Position numbers and translations under genes: made by a program
Shown here: one piece after another, positions 22,181-35,019 of the stretch
How positions within the stretch are numbered: the first letter of the stretch is position 1
Layout: every line of letters starts with the position of its first letter
NCBI RefSeq assembly: GCF_001194135.2
Contig: NC_068983.1
Span: 109,044,554 to 109,086,506, forward strand
From: Octopus bimaculoides
Taxonomy: Eukaryota
DNA length: 41,953 nucleotides
Direction of reading: 5' to 3'
Notes under the pieces: model-generated
What the model was told of the DNA's origin: nothing
The model's input: only the letters and a program-made list of their open reading frames with translations
Database searches by the model: none

Positions 22181-25100
22181 AACATCATTGTTGATGTTAC
22201 AATATCACAAATATGGAAATATTACACGTATGGAAACTGGTGTAACCTATATAAAAAGCATAAGGAAGCATGGTGATGAAGGCATTCAGTGTAGTATATT
22301 ATATTAGCAAAGGTGCAACCAAAATGCTGAAAGCTCACATAGTGGACTTGGGGCTACATAATTTGTGGTGTTGTGAATGAAGAGACAAATGTTATACTTG
22401 TCTTTCTCTGTACAGTATTGAGAAGGATCAGAAAACTGTTGTTACTTGTTATTTTCTTTTAAATTACAGAGTTTGATTTCAAGCTAAACAGCAATATGGC
22501 AATAATAAGCTAATTAATTATTCAGTTGCCGATATGCTAGTTTCAAGAAATGAAGCAGATAGTAAAATAAAAACAAACAGAAATAAAAGAACAAACTTTC
22601 ATTACTAACAAGAAATTTCCAGAGATCTAATTATAGTTTAAGAAATGTTGTTGATAATTCATACTGATGAAATTCAATTAAACGAAAATTTTATTTATTT
22701 ATTGTTTAAATTATAGTTTTGATTTTATTTCTTCTTCTACCTCCACTTCAATTTATTTATTCATTTATACTTTGCTAATGATACTTCGCAACAATGTGGA
22801 ACTAGTGGAGTCTTGGAAAGGTCTAGACACAGCACTTAGGAAAAAGCTTTTCTATTAGTTATGTTGTTGAAATCTAATGGCTTATAAAATGCAAAATTGT
22901 GTCTGTAGGCACCAATGAAATAGAAGCTTTTATAAGTAGGAAAGAGTTTTGGAAAATGTAAGTGAAAAATATATTGATAGTTCTCAGTGAAAATAAAAAT
23001 GATATAAAAAAAAATCATTGCACGTGAGAAGAAAATTATCATGATTCCTGACATGAAATCAGTTTTATTTTTAGTGTAAACAAATATCATTTACCAATAG
23101 AGTGAAAGTGAAATAGTGTTAACTTAAAGATTACTATCATGAAGTCAGGATTTTTTTTAATAAAAAAATTTCTTCGTTGCTTAAGGAAGTAGTCAATAGA
23201 AGGAAAATAAGACTCTGAAGTGACTTTTGTATCACTAAGTTTCTATACTCTTGCTTTATATATAGAGAGATAGAAATACGAAAGATTGAAAGGAAATGGA
23301 AGTTTATGTAAAAACATCCAGAATGTTAGAGGTGAAAATTTGGGATTATTACGAAACATATTGCAATGACAGGTAAAACTGCACATTAAATGAGGTACCC
23401 AAGTGACATTAACAGATTTAATATGAAAATTATATTAAAAACAGCTGTTAGATGAAAAAATAAACATGAATGATTGAAGTGGAGATCGTTATCTAAATAA
23501 AGTTGAAGAAATCTAAAAATATTAAAAAATTGAAAACTTTTATGTGTGCTTGTGTGTGTGTGTGTGTACGTGCTTACAGAAAATCTCAGAACTATACAGT
23601 GCTGGGTATGAAAGATTGGCCAAAATATCTGGTCCTGAAATAAGTTTGTATGCAGTGAGAAAAAGGAATTTTTATTGATTTCAGTAGTATTTGCTATTGA
23701 AAGAAAAAAAAATAGGGAGTAAATATCCAATTCTCTTTACCAGGATAGTAAATAATTATTTTATAATAAGTGTAAATATGTGAAAAAGTCTTCATCAAGG
23801 GCTGTAAAGCATTATATTTTGAATAGTTTCAGAGCAGTCATTTGTAAACCTGTTATCCTTGGTGACTACCAGTAAACAAATCCTTTACAATACAATATGA
23901 ATATATGAAATAATTGTCAAAGGAAATTAGGGGCTATAAGACTTTATATTTAGGATAGTTTCAGGACATTTAAGTTCTTCAACAAAAATACCAAAACGAC
24001 TTCAGCATAGGCATTTGTAAGCATGCTTGTTATCAGATATCACTCAAAGATGATACATTACAGAAGCTGCAGAATAAAATACTTGTAAATGTATCACAAT
24101 TTGGTATACTTAGTACAGTAAGATATATTCCCGGTGGAGTGCATCTGAGAAAACAAGTTAGAGGAAAACAACCAATAATTTGTCTATTTGGCTGGAGACG
24201 ATTTTGAGCATAAGGTTTTAAAAAAAAATTCTTATCAGTTATATTAGGTATGTTTGAGTGAATGAGTTCAGTATTTTGATTTGTAGTGCTATATTTCTAT
24301 TGTTGCATTTAATAGCTTATTCAAATAATTACAGTGACTTGAGCAGAATGCAATAATGTAATTAAAAAACAGGAGAATCATATTTTCCTTAAGATAAACA
24401 AAAAAACAGTTGGTATAAAGTGAAAAGTAAAATTCTAAATGCTGTAGGATTTAAATACTATAATAGCACATTCATTAACTATTAGGTCATTTATAACTTA
24501 TATACAACACAAATTATAAAGTAATTCATTTATAGTGCATTACAGATTTTTTTATGAAATATAAAATATATCTTTGTAGTGAGATCAATTTCTATTATGG
24601 CATATTGAATATATTAAACTGATGTAGACTCAGCACCTTAATCTGTAAAAATTGGTCGTATTACCTATCATGTGAGATTTGAACATTGGTTGAATATTGT
24701 ATGGAATTTGGATTGAAGGTCCAGTCACATTGTGTGTAATATATTCTCAAACAACTAATCCATAAGTGCTCTGGAGTCTTTCTTTCTATAAATTGGTGTG
24801 ACTTAATATCTACAAGCAGAGTGGTGAGTGATTTGCATGAAGGCAAGTTATATTGATTTCCTGCTGTTATTCATCACAGTAAAATTAATATAAAGGAGCA
24901 AATGTAACCAACGACGACCCAGGCTGAAGTATCGAAATGATAGATGAACTACAACCACCAGAATTCATGATGCTTCTTTCTTGATCCACTGTATTACTGT
25001 ATGGAGGAATAAAGTCTTGCTGTTATTTTAAAGGTTTGTGTCTTGTATTATTTCCATGAATGAACACACAACATATATTGCATGATGGTACACATGATTC

Positions 25101-25584
25101 AGTAGTAAAACCAAGGGAGACTTTAGACCACTGCAAAACCTTTTTAATACACATTCAGTTTTAACCTCACTGCAAAGAGTAAGCAAAGTAGTTATATCAC
25201 AGGTTTTATCATTTCATGTGTAGAATAGAAAGAAAAGTGATATCAAATTGACCAGTTTCTATCTTGCATTTTCATCAAAATAGGTAAATTCATCTTTGCC
25301 CAAAGTGAGATTTGAAACTTACAGCTATTTATATTGTCCAGAAACCTGAACTGAATGAAACTGTTAGAGTTTGCTTAACAACACATGCACTGAAAATGTG
25401 AGGCAATCCATTTCTAGTGTGCAGTACTATGTTTCTTGGAATGTAAGGCAGAGATCCCCGTGGATCATTTGCTACCAGGCTGCAAAGAAATAATTAACTT
25501 GTTTAAAATTATATAATAGTTAAATTGAATATTGAACTTTAATTTTAAATGATTTGTTTAAATATTCAATATTCACCTACTCAA

Positions 25585-25713
25585 TACTATCTATCATAAC
25601 TGTAAGTACATTTTATAATTAATGCATATTTTTATAATTAATATGTATTTTACATCTACCTTTACTATCTATCATAACTGTAAGTACATTTCACAATCAA
25701 TGTATATTTTTAT
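25585..25713 (+). repeat. Local direct duplication, 78-bp offset
   Basis: TACTATCTATCATAACTGTAAGTACATTT is exact at 25585-25613 and 25663-25691, with imperfect continuation (..AAT.AATG.ATATTTTTAT). Confidence 0.9.
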
Positions 25714-25869
25714 TCATTTGTAATAATTTTCAACTAATTATCTAATCTCAACTAATTTTCAGATTTTAAAGAATGAGAGTCAAAAAGATTATACACTTTT
25801 TCTTCCCTTTGCTCCTTTTATTATAGTTCTCTTTATCGAAATGCACTTCAGTTACACATATGTGCCACT

Positions 25870-25937
25870 ACTAGTCCATGGAAAGATGGTCTGGCACGAA
25901 GTCAGTCAATGGTATAAAAAAAAATTGGAGACCACTG
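25870..25937 (-). mobile_element. hAT (Charlie-like) terminal fragment, one end only
   Basis: Minus strand starts CAGTGGTCTCCAATTTTTTTT, a typical hAT-Charlie TIR (recalled). The partner TIR was not found. Confidence 0.45.
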
Positions 25938-28857
25938 ATGTAAGGTAAATATTTTGTAATAAACACTTACTTATTTGTATATAGTGTGCATTCATGAATT
26001 ATGTAGAGTTCTATTCATGAACTCTGAAATCTTGGGAAAATATCACAAGTGAATAATACACATTGAATTTTCTTACACATTATGGTGTATAGAAAAAAGG
26101 AGTCTTAATTTAGAATTAGGATAATTGCTGACTATAATGCATTGAAAAGGGTCACATCCTAAACAAAACAAAAAGCAAATACAAAAATGACCTTTAAATT
26201 TTACCATTGCAGATAAAAATTGTATCTGCTGTAAAGTCAACATAGTGAAAACAAAAATTATTAGTTATCCAAAATATTTGAAATCACTATCTTAAGCTGA
26301 AATACAATATTTAAATTTTCATGAAGTTAAAAAAAATTTAAATACTCCATCCAGTATATAATTTCATGGGACATGAATTTTGTTGGCATCAATTTACAGA
26401 ACAAATTTCTGATGAGAAAAAAAAGAAAACCCTGTTATATTGCTATCAATGTCAATTTTATTTTTTGATTACTTCATATCATAAAATATCCAATATAGAC
26501 ATAGACATACTTATAAAAATATAATAAACACTTGGCGCAACTATCAAACATGTGCCCCATGGAATTATGTCATCAACTTTCAGTATCAAAGGCTATAATA
26601 GACATAATATAGAATGCTAACACTTTCATTATATTCCTGTTTAAATGTTTTCATTATAAAATACTTTTGTTCTCTTAATAGAAACATACACAGCAACAGT
26701 TGATTATGATAATTTGGGAATAGAAGTATTTCTTTCTTTCAGTTTATGTTTATATTTCAATAATGGCAGCACTTATGTATTATCTGTATTGATTATTTAT
26801 TAATTTAATCTTCATATTAAATAACTGAAGTAGTATATTTGAGAATGGAAGCATCTACAGTCTAATTAAAGCAATTAAATAACAGAAGTATTTCACTTTA
26901 TATTGCCATTCAGAAAGTATCGCATTCTAGCTTCCTGTACTCAAGATTGACAACAGTAATTTTACAGGACAAATGTTTGCTCATTGTACCGAACATTTAA
27001 TATATTATAATTATTGTAGAAAAGTATATGAAATCATTATAATGATTTTAACTCTTCACTATACATCTATTAGCTTTGACAATAAATATAACTTGCTTTC
27101 AGTCATGTCATACTAAATACAACACACACCTGACTGGAACAAAATCAAGAGTATTAAGTTCTAGGATATTTTGCACTCCCCCAATATTTATGCTTAAAAA
27201 TCTGTGGAAATGTGTATATTATACATGAATAAATTCAGTACTATGTTATCCTAATTGTGAGGGATAAACAAAGTGGTTATATAAGTAATTCTATGAGCCT
27301 AGGAAGAATTATCAGTAATTAATTATGAGCTTGAGTTCTCAGCTGTATCTAAGCCATACTAAAGTAACTGGAAACTCATTCTGATTATATCGGCATATGA
27401 TGATTATTTTGCAGCACAATATTCTTATTGCAACTCATAATGCAAAGAAAATTATTACCATGTGAATATGTTTATCAATTCTGTGAAAAAGGAATAAATG
27501 TATCAGCAGATTTGTATTTACTCTTCTCTTATTCATCCTTATTCCTTTTATTCCTTTCAAATGCATGAAAGTATTTCACGTTTCTATTACTTTCTTTCAT
27601 CTACCATAGCACAATTATACATTAGGGTGTAATATTTTATGCTTAAACAGCCTTATTTAAGAATGAAATAAATTCCAAATTAAAGCTGTATAGCTTGATT
27701 TTTATAGATTTGGTAAATTTCCTGTATTTACACTTCAAATATTTCAAAATGATAAAATTAATATTTGATGGAAACGTTATGGTTTCCATATACATTCCAA
27801 ATAGTATATAGCTGTGTCGTGGATGACAAGCATTTTCTTCGAAATAATTTAACTTTTCATACTTTATGGAGTGATACTGAAGTGTGTTATGTTACAAATG
27901 CTTTATTTTCAGAAACTCATGTTGAGTGATAACTATTTAATAAGCACATTTTAATTGTAGTCAATGAAAGCAAGAAACAAGAAGGAATTCATTTTGAAAA
28001 TTCAAGTTTATACTATTTCCTACTGTCTCTGAATACTTAGAATAAATGCAGATTTTGATTTCTACTTTAACGATATTTAATTTCTTATCTCCTGATGATT
28101 TTATTATTCAAAAGTTTGATGCGATTTTTCAACTGGGGACCAATCTTATTGACCTTTCTTGAACATAGTTGTATTACATGTAATTTGATAGCATTCAATT
28201 TCAACATCTACCATGTGTCATAATTTATAAAGCCTATGTAATACAGGCAACATCATTTCAATTGTAAAAATTATACATTAAAAACACTCAAACAGTTACA
28301 GGAAATAAGATATGAAATAACAAAAGCACTATAAACATTGGTATCCTAAAAGCAATTGGAAATAAAAACATGAAATGCTATTAGCTTTACATTTACATTT
28401 GGTGTGATACCTGCTAGTGAATGAATAAAGTTGGTTGATTCAATAAAAAAAAAAATTCTATGCATTTATCATATCAATATATCTGTTTGTTTCTGTGTAT
28501 TAACTCTTCCATTATTGAGCATGGAAAACTGCTGGATTGCAACTAAAAGGATTTTTGTTGCTATCTATTTGTATCATGAATATTTATATGAATTTATAAA
28601 AAAATGACAGAATTTTTACTCTCAAAGGTAAAACTGCATTATTATTAGAGAGAATCATAAGAATTTTGAATACAAAATAAAATGAAAAAAATTGGTTTGT
28701 TTGCATCAAAAATTCATCTACTGAAGTAGATGCAACATATTCTTTACAATTTTCTATTGAGTATTCTTATTACATTTCTAAATAATATCGAATTTTTTTT
28801 TCAAGAAACAAGGAAATAATAGATTTTAATTCACTGTTAGTTGACTACACACTCACT

Positions 28858-28860
<3 letters not shown>

Positions 28861-28896
<36 letters not shown>

Positions 28897-28905
28897 ATAT
28901 ATATA
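28861..28905 (+). repeat. (AT)n microsatellite
   Basis: Direct read. Confidence 0.95.
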
Positions 28906-30406
28906 CCATAAACACATGCACATGTTGCTTAATAGAAAAGATTTAAACTAAGTTTCTTAAAATTATTTTGTTTTATTTCCAGAAAAAATAGCAAATTGTA
29001 AAACAAAACTGAGAAAAAATATAAAGTATTCTTAAAAATCTTTAGAAAATAAAATAAATCTCACTATGTCTTTATTACTCCCACTGATTCTAATAATAAA
29101 CGAATACCATCTCCAGCAAACTAATTGTTATAAAATTGTTACAGGAATTACTGGAAAAGAATTAATTTTGATAAAATTCTGGATTTCAAGTTTAAGTAAA
29201 TTCTTCATTCTGGGAATACAATCTAAAATTATTTGATGGAGGTAAAATTAGTGTATTTACAAAGGAAAACATATCAAAATAATAACAACAAAGCATAACA
29301 AATTGAAATAAGCAAGTAAAATATTCATGGTATTGATAACCAAATTAAATAAATTCTTTGCGCCAGGCATGTGCAATTTAGAAAAAAAGCAAAACCACTA
29401 ATAGACATTTTGTATGTGTGTACACACACGCACATACACACACACACAAGTGAATTTACAAAATATGAAGGCAGTTTCTTTCTATATTCTGTATCATGTA
29501 GAACACTGTAAATAGCATTCAAATTTAAAAGTGATTTGAAAACTGAATAAACCACCTCATAGTTGGTATTTGTAAAATAATTGAGTTCTATTGTGAGAAT
29601 GTATCTAAAATTTGGTTGTTTGAATTTTATTATTTATTTCATATCCCAATTCCAACTGGCTAATGACAGGTTCACTGCATTTCTGATGGTGAGAGTGAAA
29701 AATGTATCTCAAAGTTGATGCAGAACATTATTTCTGAGGAACTTCATTCATAAATCGGTAATTTTTATGGTTTTCTTGGATTCTTAGAGATGCTTGTTTC
29801 ATTTACACCATCAGCCAAATATACACACACACACACAAACATGCACACACATACATACACACATTTGTGTATGCATGCATATACAAAACACCATATATAA
29901 CTTAGATAATTTAGATATGTTTTAGCCAAAGATTGGCCCAGGCCATATCTAACTTAAAACCACCATCTGATAGGATCTGTTGAGATATTTTTGAATCAAG
30001 TTTTGCAGTATCATGGCTCATTCATATGCTGCATACTGTTATTCACATCAAGTACCCAATTATAGAATTGTTATTTATTCTGACTAGTATCCAATACCCA
30101 AAGAAAGTTGCTATCAGGTAGTGTGACTCGAAAATGGAAAAAATCATACTCAACATTTCACTAAAAGATATACTCAAGAAGAATGAATACATTAAAAATC
30201 TCACAGAGAACATTAACTACATTAGATGTAGAATGAAATGAAAGGCATTCTTCTTCAACAGAAAGGATAGTACACAAGATGAACAAAAAAGAGGGGATAT
30301 ACTTGGACAGTAGTTTAAATTCCTGAAAATCCCACCTACTAACCAACACCTAGCAACATTCGATGTAAGCCCCAAGAAGACCTAAAGTAATTTCATGAGA
30401 CTATGA

Positions 30407-31100
30407 AATGATTTTGATAGCAATCCCAAAGATAGACTGATATACCCCTTCAAATTGGTTACAGGCAGGATTAGCAAAATTATTATTGAAAGGGTAATAT
30501 CAATCCTTAAATCTAAAATTAGACTATTACTGTGTACTGATACTCAGAAGGTAATTAAGTGATATAAAGAACTAGAGAAAAAAATAAAAGTAGTAAATGT
30601 ATGCAACTTGACATAGCTAGCTATTACTCAACTATTAATCCAATTCTTCTGAATAAGGTCTTAATTTATGCTATGTGGATCAGAGATAGAAAATTATATT
30701 ACATATGTAAGGAACAATGGTAGATTTCAATGGGGAACTTTGGTATAGATCGGACAGGGTAGATTCCTTTGATATAGCAATGGGATCTAGTAACTCTGCA
30801 CAAATCACAGATCTAGCTGGAGTATACATCCTGTCTCAAATCGATTCTTGATTTCTATACATGGGGGTGATCTATAGAGGGATAATGCTCTCTTCATACT
30901 AGTAAGGTAGAATTGGAGAGAAATAGAAAACTACTTATGAAATTTTTCAAAAATTTTGAGTCATACATTATTTTAAGAATAATTACCATAAGGTAAATTT
31001 TCTAGATGCAACTTTTAGTCTGGATGTAGGGTTATTTGAGCCTTTCAGTAAGCCAAATGTGGGCCTGAGGTACATTAACATACAACACTACTCCCTACCA
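30407..31100 (+). mobile_element. Penelope-like element reverse transcriptase remnant (Naiad-like), decayed
   Basis: Manual translation across frameshifts: NDFDSNPKDRLIYPFKLVTGRISKIIIERV..TDTQKVIK*YK / QLDIASYYSTI..LLNKVLIYA / DFNGELWY..SFDIAMGSSNSAQITDLAGVYILS..GVIYRGDNAL (30873-30884, decayed YRDD) / KVNFLDATFSLDVGLFEPFSKPNVGLRYINIQHYSLP. Collinear with the PLE RT motifs NPKCRLINP, FDIxxFYPSI, FDVTMGSYDGAE, LYRDDGL, VNFLDVTF, KPN..YIN..SNHP (recalled). Confidence 0.85.
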
Positions 31101-31269
31101 GATGAAGGATGTTGTCTTTCAAGTTACTTGGTGACCTCATTGCCGTTGCTACCTTTTAAAAAGAACTCAACATTCTCTGTAAATTTGTTTGTATTAGGAG
31201 AGGCATACAACCATAGAAATTATGCCAAAGCTGATAGTAGAGCTTGGCTCAGTCCACTGATTCACTGAC

Positions 31270-31330
31270 TTTTGTCAAACCACCCAACCCATGCCAGCAT
31301 GGAAGCAAGACATAAAAGGATGATGATGAC
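31270..31330 (+). mobile_element. Family D (RTE-type) 3' tail fragment
   Basis: GTCAAACCACCCAACCCATGCCAGCATGGAAGCAAGACATAAAAGGATGATGATG resembles the reverse complement of 17640-17700 and 40992-41050. Confidence 0.7.
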
Positions 31331-31562
31331 GATTTTCTCAACATACCAAATGAAACAACCTACATCTTGCACTACCTTCCCTGCTCCAACACACCAATGC
31401 AACTTTGTCATCTCACTTTCCTGTCCTCCTGCTGCCAACTGAATCATCACTACTCTGCTGTCCCTTAAATACCTGTGTTACACAGCTCACTGCACCCCAC
31501 TTCTCTCTCTCACTTTCCTTTTGTACACTCTGTTACATCTTTACCACTATCTTCTCTCTCAC

Positions 31563-31630
<68 letters not shown>
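31563..31630 (+). repeat. (TCTG)n(TC)n compound microsatellite
   Basis: Direct read. Confidence 0.95.
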
Positions 31631-31634
<4 letters not shown>

Positions 31635-31754
31635 ACTGGGGCAGTCTTGTATTGCCTCTACAGCAAGACAGGTTTCTGTCCCTCTATCATAGTTTAAACT
31701 CTCATCACCTGGCACAAAGCCACCTCCCTCAATACCACTCCCCTCACAGTATGC

Positions 31755-31875
31755 TCTGAAGTGGTTAGCATTAGAAACCATGCCAAAACTGACAGCAGAG
31801 CTTCATGCAGTCTTCTGGTTTAGGAGCTCCTGTCAAACTATCCAACTCATGTCAATATGGAAATAAACATTTGAT
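31755..31875 (+). mobile_element. Family D 3' fragment, degenerate
   Basis: TAGAAACCATGCCAAAACTGAC...CTGTCAAACTATCCAACTCATGTCAATATGGAAA. Confidence 0.55.
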
Positions 31876-33100
31876 TTAATTAGCAGATTTTTTTATAGAT
31901 TTGAAAATAAAAATCTTCCACAAGAAATAACAACTAATAAAACTAACATTAAGAAAAATAAGAAAAGAATTGTAACTTGGTATCAGGCTTCTTATGCAAA
32001 GAATGTGAAAACGAACATAGTTATGATGGTCATTAATAGACTAATGTAAAGCCTTCCCTCAAAGCATAAATATGACAGTTATTTAATTGAGTTATAGTTG
32101 AATTCTTATATCCAATAACAACTAACCTAGCAGATAATACCGACTACTCTAATATCTCTAAAATAACCAATACACTGAATGCAACTCCATTGCCAGCTGA
32201 AACACAGATAATCTCTCTTATCAATGTAGTATAAGAAACCTAAATGTTGATAAAATCCCTAGTTTTCAAAATATGGCTAGCGACCCTAGGAATAAAAGTA
32301 GGAGCAATGATGTAACCCCCTTAAACATGCAGTCTGAAATAAAATGTATAGGAAAAATGCACTCTAAAATTAAAAGTTTAAATAAAACTAATTCTAACTT
32401 GAGATAATACTAACCATCAAAAAAATAAGAGGTGCAATGATATAAACTTAACTTATACAAACTAAAGTATTCAGAGTTGGGTAAGAGAATTTCCTACTTC
32501 CAAAAGCAAAAACAAAGTAAAATAAAAAAAAACACACTAACTTAATACATATACACATACATGCAAGTATGTGTTTATTGTGCTTATGCATGTATATATA
32601 TATATGTATGCATGGGTGACTGCTGGTCTTCCATAAACAACCTTGCCCGGACTTGTGCCTTGGAGGGTAACTTTCTAGGTGCAATCCCATGGTCATTCAT
32701 GACTGAAGGAGGTCTCCGCAATGTATGTATAGCCCTGAGGCTATATTTTGCTCATTTCTTATTTATTTCATCTTTGCCCATCGTCTTGAATCCCATTTAT
32801 TCACTTTTGTATGTCTACTCTGTATTGTTTTGTTTGCTCTTGGCCCTATATTCTCTGCAACTTTCATGGGCACCACATGTATGGTAAGTTCTGTCTTATC
32901 ATTAATGGTGCAAAACTGGGTAATGCCATTTGGTTGTTAACTGATGAAGAATTAGGGACCTTCTGTGTCTGTTTTCCCCCTGGTTGTAAACTCAGTATAT
33001 GTTATGTCATTTGTATATTTACAACACAATACATTTTTTTCATTTATTAAGTAATGGAATACAACAAACTCTGACTTGTATTAACAGTTTTTTATATATA

Positions 33101-33753
33101 CACAGTCATAACAGAAATAAATAGTTTAAACATAAACATCGTTTTATGTTTATTCTAACTTGTAAAGGTTTATATATTTTTATTAATTGACATTTTTATG
33201 TTTCAGATTCTATATGTGACTGTTTAATCATCATGCCATGTACAAAAGAAGCCTTAAAACTGTCTGAATTTCAAAGAAGCTGTATTGTGGGTTTTTCTGA
33301 AGTTGGTCATAATCAGCGTAAAAATCGCAAAAAACATTAGGATCCTTCTTTCTACAGTTAATAGTGTGATTGTGCAATACACTGGAAAGGGGAAGGAGTC
33401 CACATCACTTCACCCAAGTTAACCAGGACCCTCTGACAGGACCCTTTGCTTTGCTAAGGGAAGTGTGGAGGATAATCCTCTCTGCAAGTCCTCTGATATA
33501 ACAGAACAAGTTGATGCCAGTTCCAGTACAGCTGTCAGGTATCTCTACAAACTTGGTTACTATGGCAGAGCAGCAAGAACGAAACGACTTCTTTGATTAG
33601 TCAACATCAAGCAGAGAAAAGATTGGACCAATGAGATGGTGGAAAGGCCACTAGCATTTTGGGACACTGTCATATTTTTGGATGAGCCAAGATTTACTGT
33701 ATTTCCTGACAGTGTGGGTCTGGAGACTCTGTGATCAAGAATTTGATGTGAAA
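33101..33753 (+). mobile_element. Tc1-like DNA transposon, 5' part with decayed transposase
   Basis: From ATG 33233, across frameshifts: MPCTKEALKLSEFQRSCIVGFSEVGHNQRK / IAKNIRILLSTVNSVI.. / ..RYLYKLGYYGRAARTKRLL*LVNIKQRKDWTNEM..FWDTVIFLDEPRF (first DDE Asp at 33681) ..VWRL. This is a Tc1 HTH plus catalytic-start pattern. A possible left TIR starts after TA at 33099-33100 (uncertain). Confidence 0.85.
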
Positions 33754-33919
33754 ATATTATACATATTCTGTGATCTTCTTAACTATGGAGATCATAGAAA
33801 AGAAACTTGAAGTGTAATGAATTCTCTTTGCTGTTTTCTTTTGTTATATAAGGATACACATGGTGTTCTTAATACTGGTTATATGTTATGCAATTGAAAT
33901 ATTAAATCACACTGTATAA

Positions 33920-34133
33920 TCTTTTCTACCACAGACACAAGGCCAGAAATTTTGGGAGTGGAGGATAGTTGATTAAATCAACCCCAGAGCGCAGTTGGTA
34001 CTGATTTGTCATCCCTGAAAAGATAACAGGCAAAGTCAACCTCAACAACACTTTAACTCTGAACACAGAAGAAGACAAAATGCTACTAAGCATTTTATCT
34101 GGCATGCTAACAATTCTGCCAGCTTGCAACCTT
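33920..34133 (-). mobile_element. Family B SINE
   Basis: ACAAGGCCAGAAATTTTGGG...CCCTGAAAAGATAACAGGCAAAGTCAACC...CTGGCATGCTAACAATTCTGCCAGCTTG. Confidence 0.85.
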
Positions 34134-34329
34134 AATCACATCAAATAATGATATATATAATAGGGTCCACTGGGGATTTCATTTTGATGTATGAGCATAT
34201 ATTAGATCAATCAAACAGATGACCCACTCTCGTTGAATCAACATTCAAAATAGCTGAGTATTCAACAGACATGTGTAATGTTAATGTAATTCTCAAACAG
34301 AATCACCATGAACCAAAGAACTTTTATAT

Positions 34330-34455
34330 AGTTATGGTCTACCCAAATTCACTCATAAAACTTGGATCAGCTCAAGTTAAAGATACTTGCCCAAGATGCT
34401 ACGCTGGATCAAATCAGGTACCATATGACTGTGGAGCAAAATTCTGTAAGTATGC
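34330..34455 (-). mobile_element. Family C SINE 5' fragment
   Basis: CTACCCAAATTCACTCATAAAACTTGG...GATACTTGCCCAAGATGC is the reverse complement of the family C core. A second core fragment lies at 34690-34775. Confidence 0.55.
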
Positions 34456-34466
34456 AGTCATGCTTC

Positions 34467-34584
34467 CATATGTATGTATGTGTATATATATATATATATG
34501 TATATATACATACACATGCGTGTGAATATATAAATATACATAGGGAGAAAAAGAGGGAGAGACAGAGGGGCGAAAGAGATGGGG

Positions 34585-34624
<40 letters not shown>

Positions 34625-34660
34625 CACACACACAGATCGATGCATAGATGGATAGACAGA
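34467..34660 (+). repeat. Compound (TATG)/(TA)/(GA)/(CAGA)/(CA) microsatellite
   Basis: Direct read; source of five overlapping track ORFs. Confidence 0.88.
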
Positions 34661-35019
34661 TATACACACATGCACTTCTTCATAGTTACCATCTTCCAAA
34701 TGAAATTACAAGTTATTAGTCTGTATTCAACCAAAGTAATAGATGAAGACACTTGCCCAAGATGCAATGCAAAGTCCTTAACAACAGTTTAGTCAATATT
34801 CATACTTAAAACCGTTTTATCACCAATAATTATTCCCTTATACTGAGATGGAAGACATATCAATTATTTAAACTCAAGACTGTGAAACACAAAACATTCT
34901 CATAAAACATTTAACTTATACTAACTGCACTGCTGTGCTTATCTCTATGCAAAGAGGCAGAGCATATGAGGCAAATTAATTGCAAAGTATACTGAAATGT
35001 TGTGGGGTTACTTTAGATA

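Noticed and set aside
25763-25939. 59-codon open frame between a TTTTCAG acceptor and a GTAAG donor
   Set aside because: Its 3' part is the hAT terminal fragment, the composition is not coding-like, and there is no homology.
30407-31100. In-frame TGA codons as possible selenocysteine (some Naiad elements are reported to encode selenoproteins)
   Set aside because: One TGA sits where Trp is expected (TGG to TGA), and the remnant also has TAG stops and frameshifts; simple decay explains it.
32594-32720. GC-richer block that looks like the 3' part of another interspersed repeat
   Set aside because: Single occurrence in the window with no head, tail or TSD; cannot be supported from the sequence alone.
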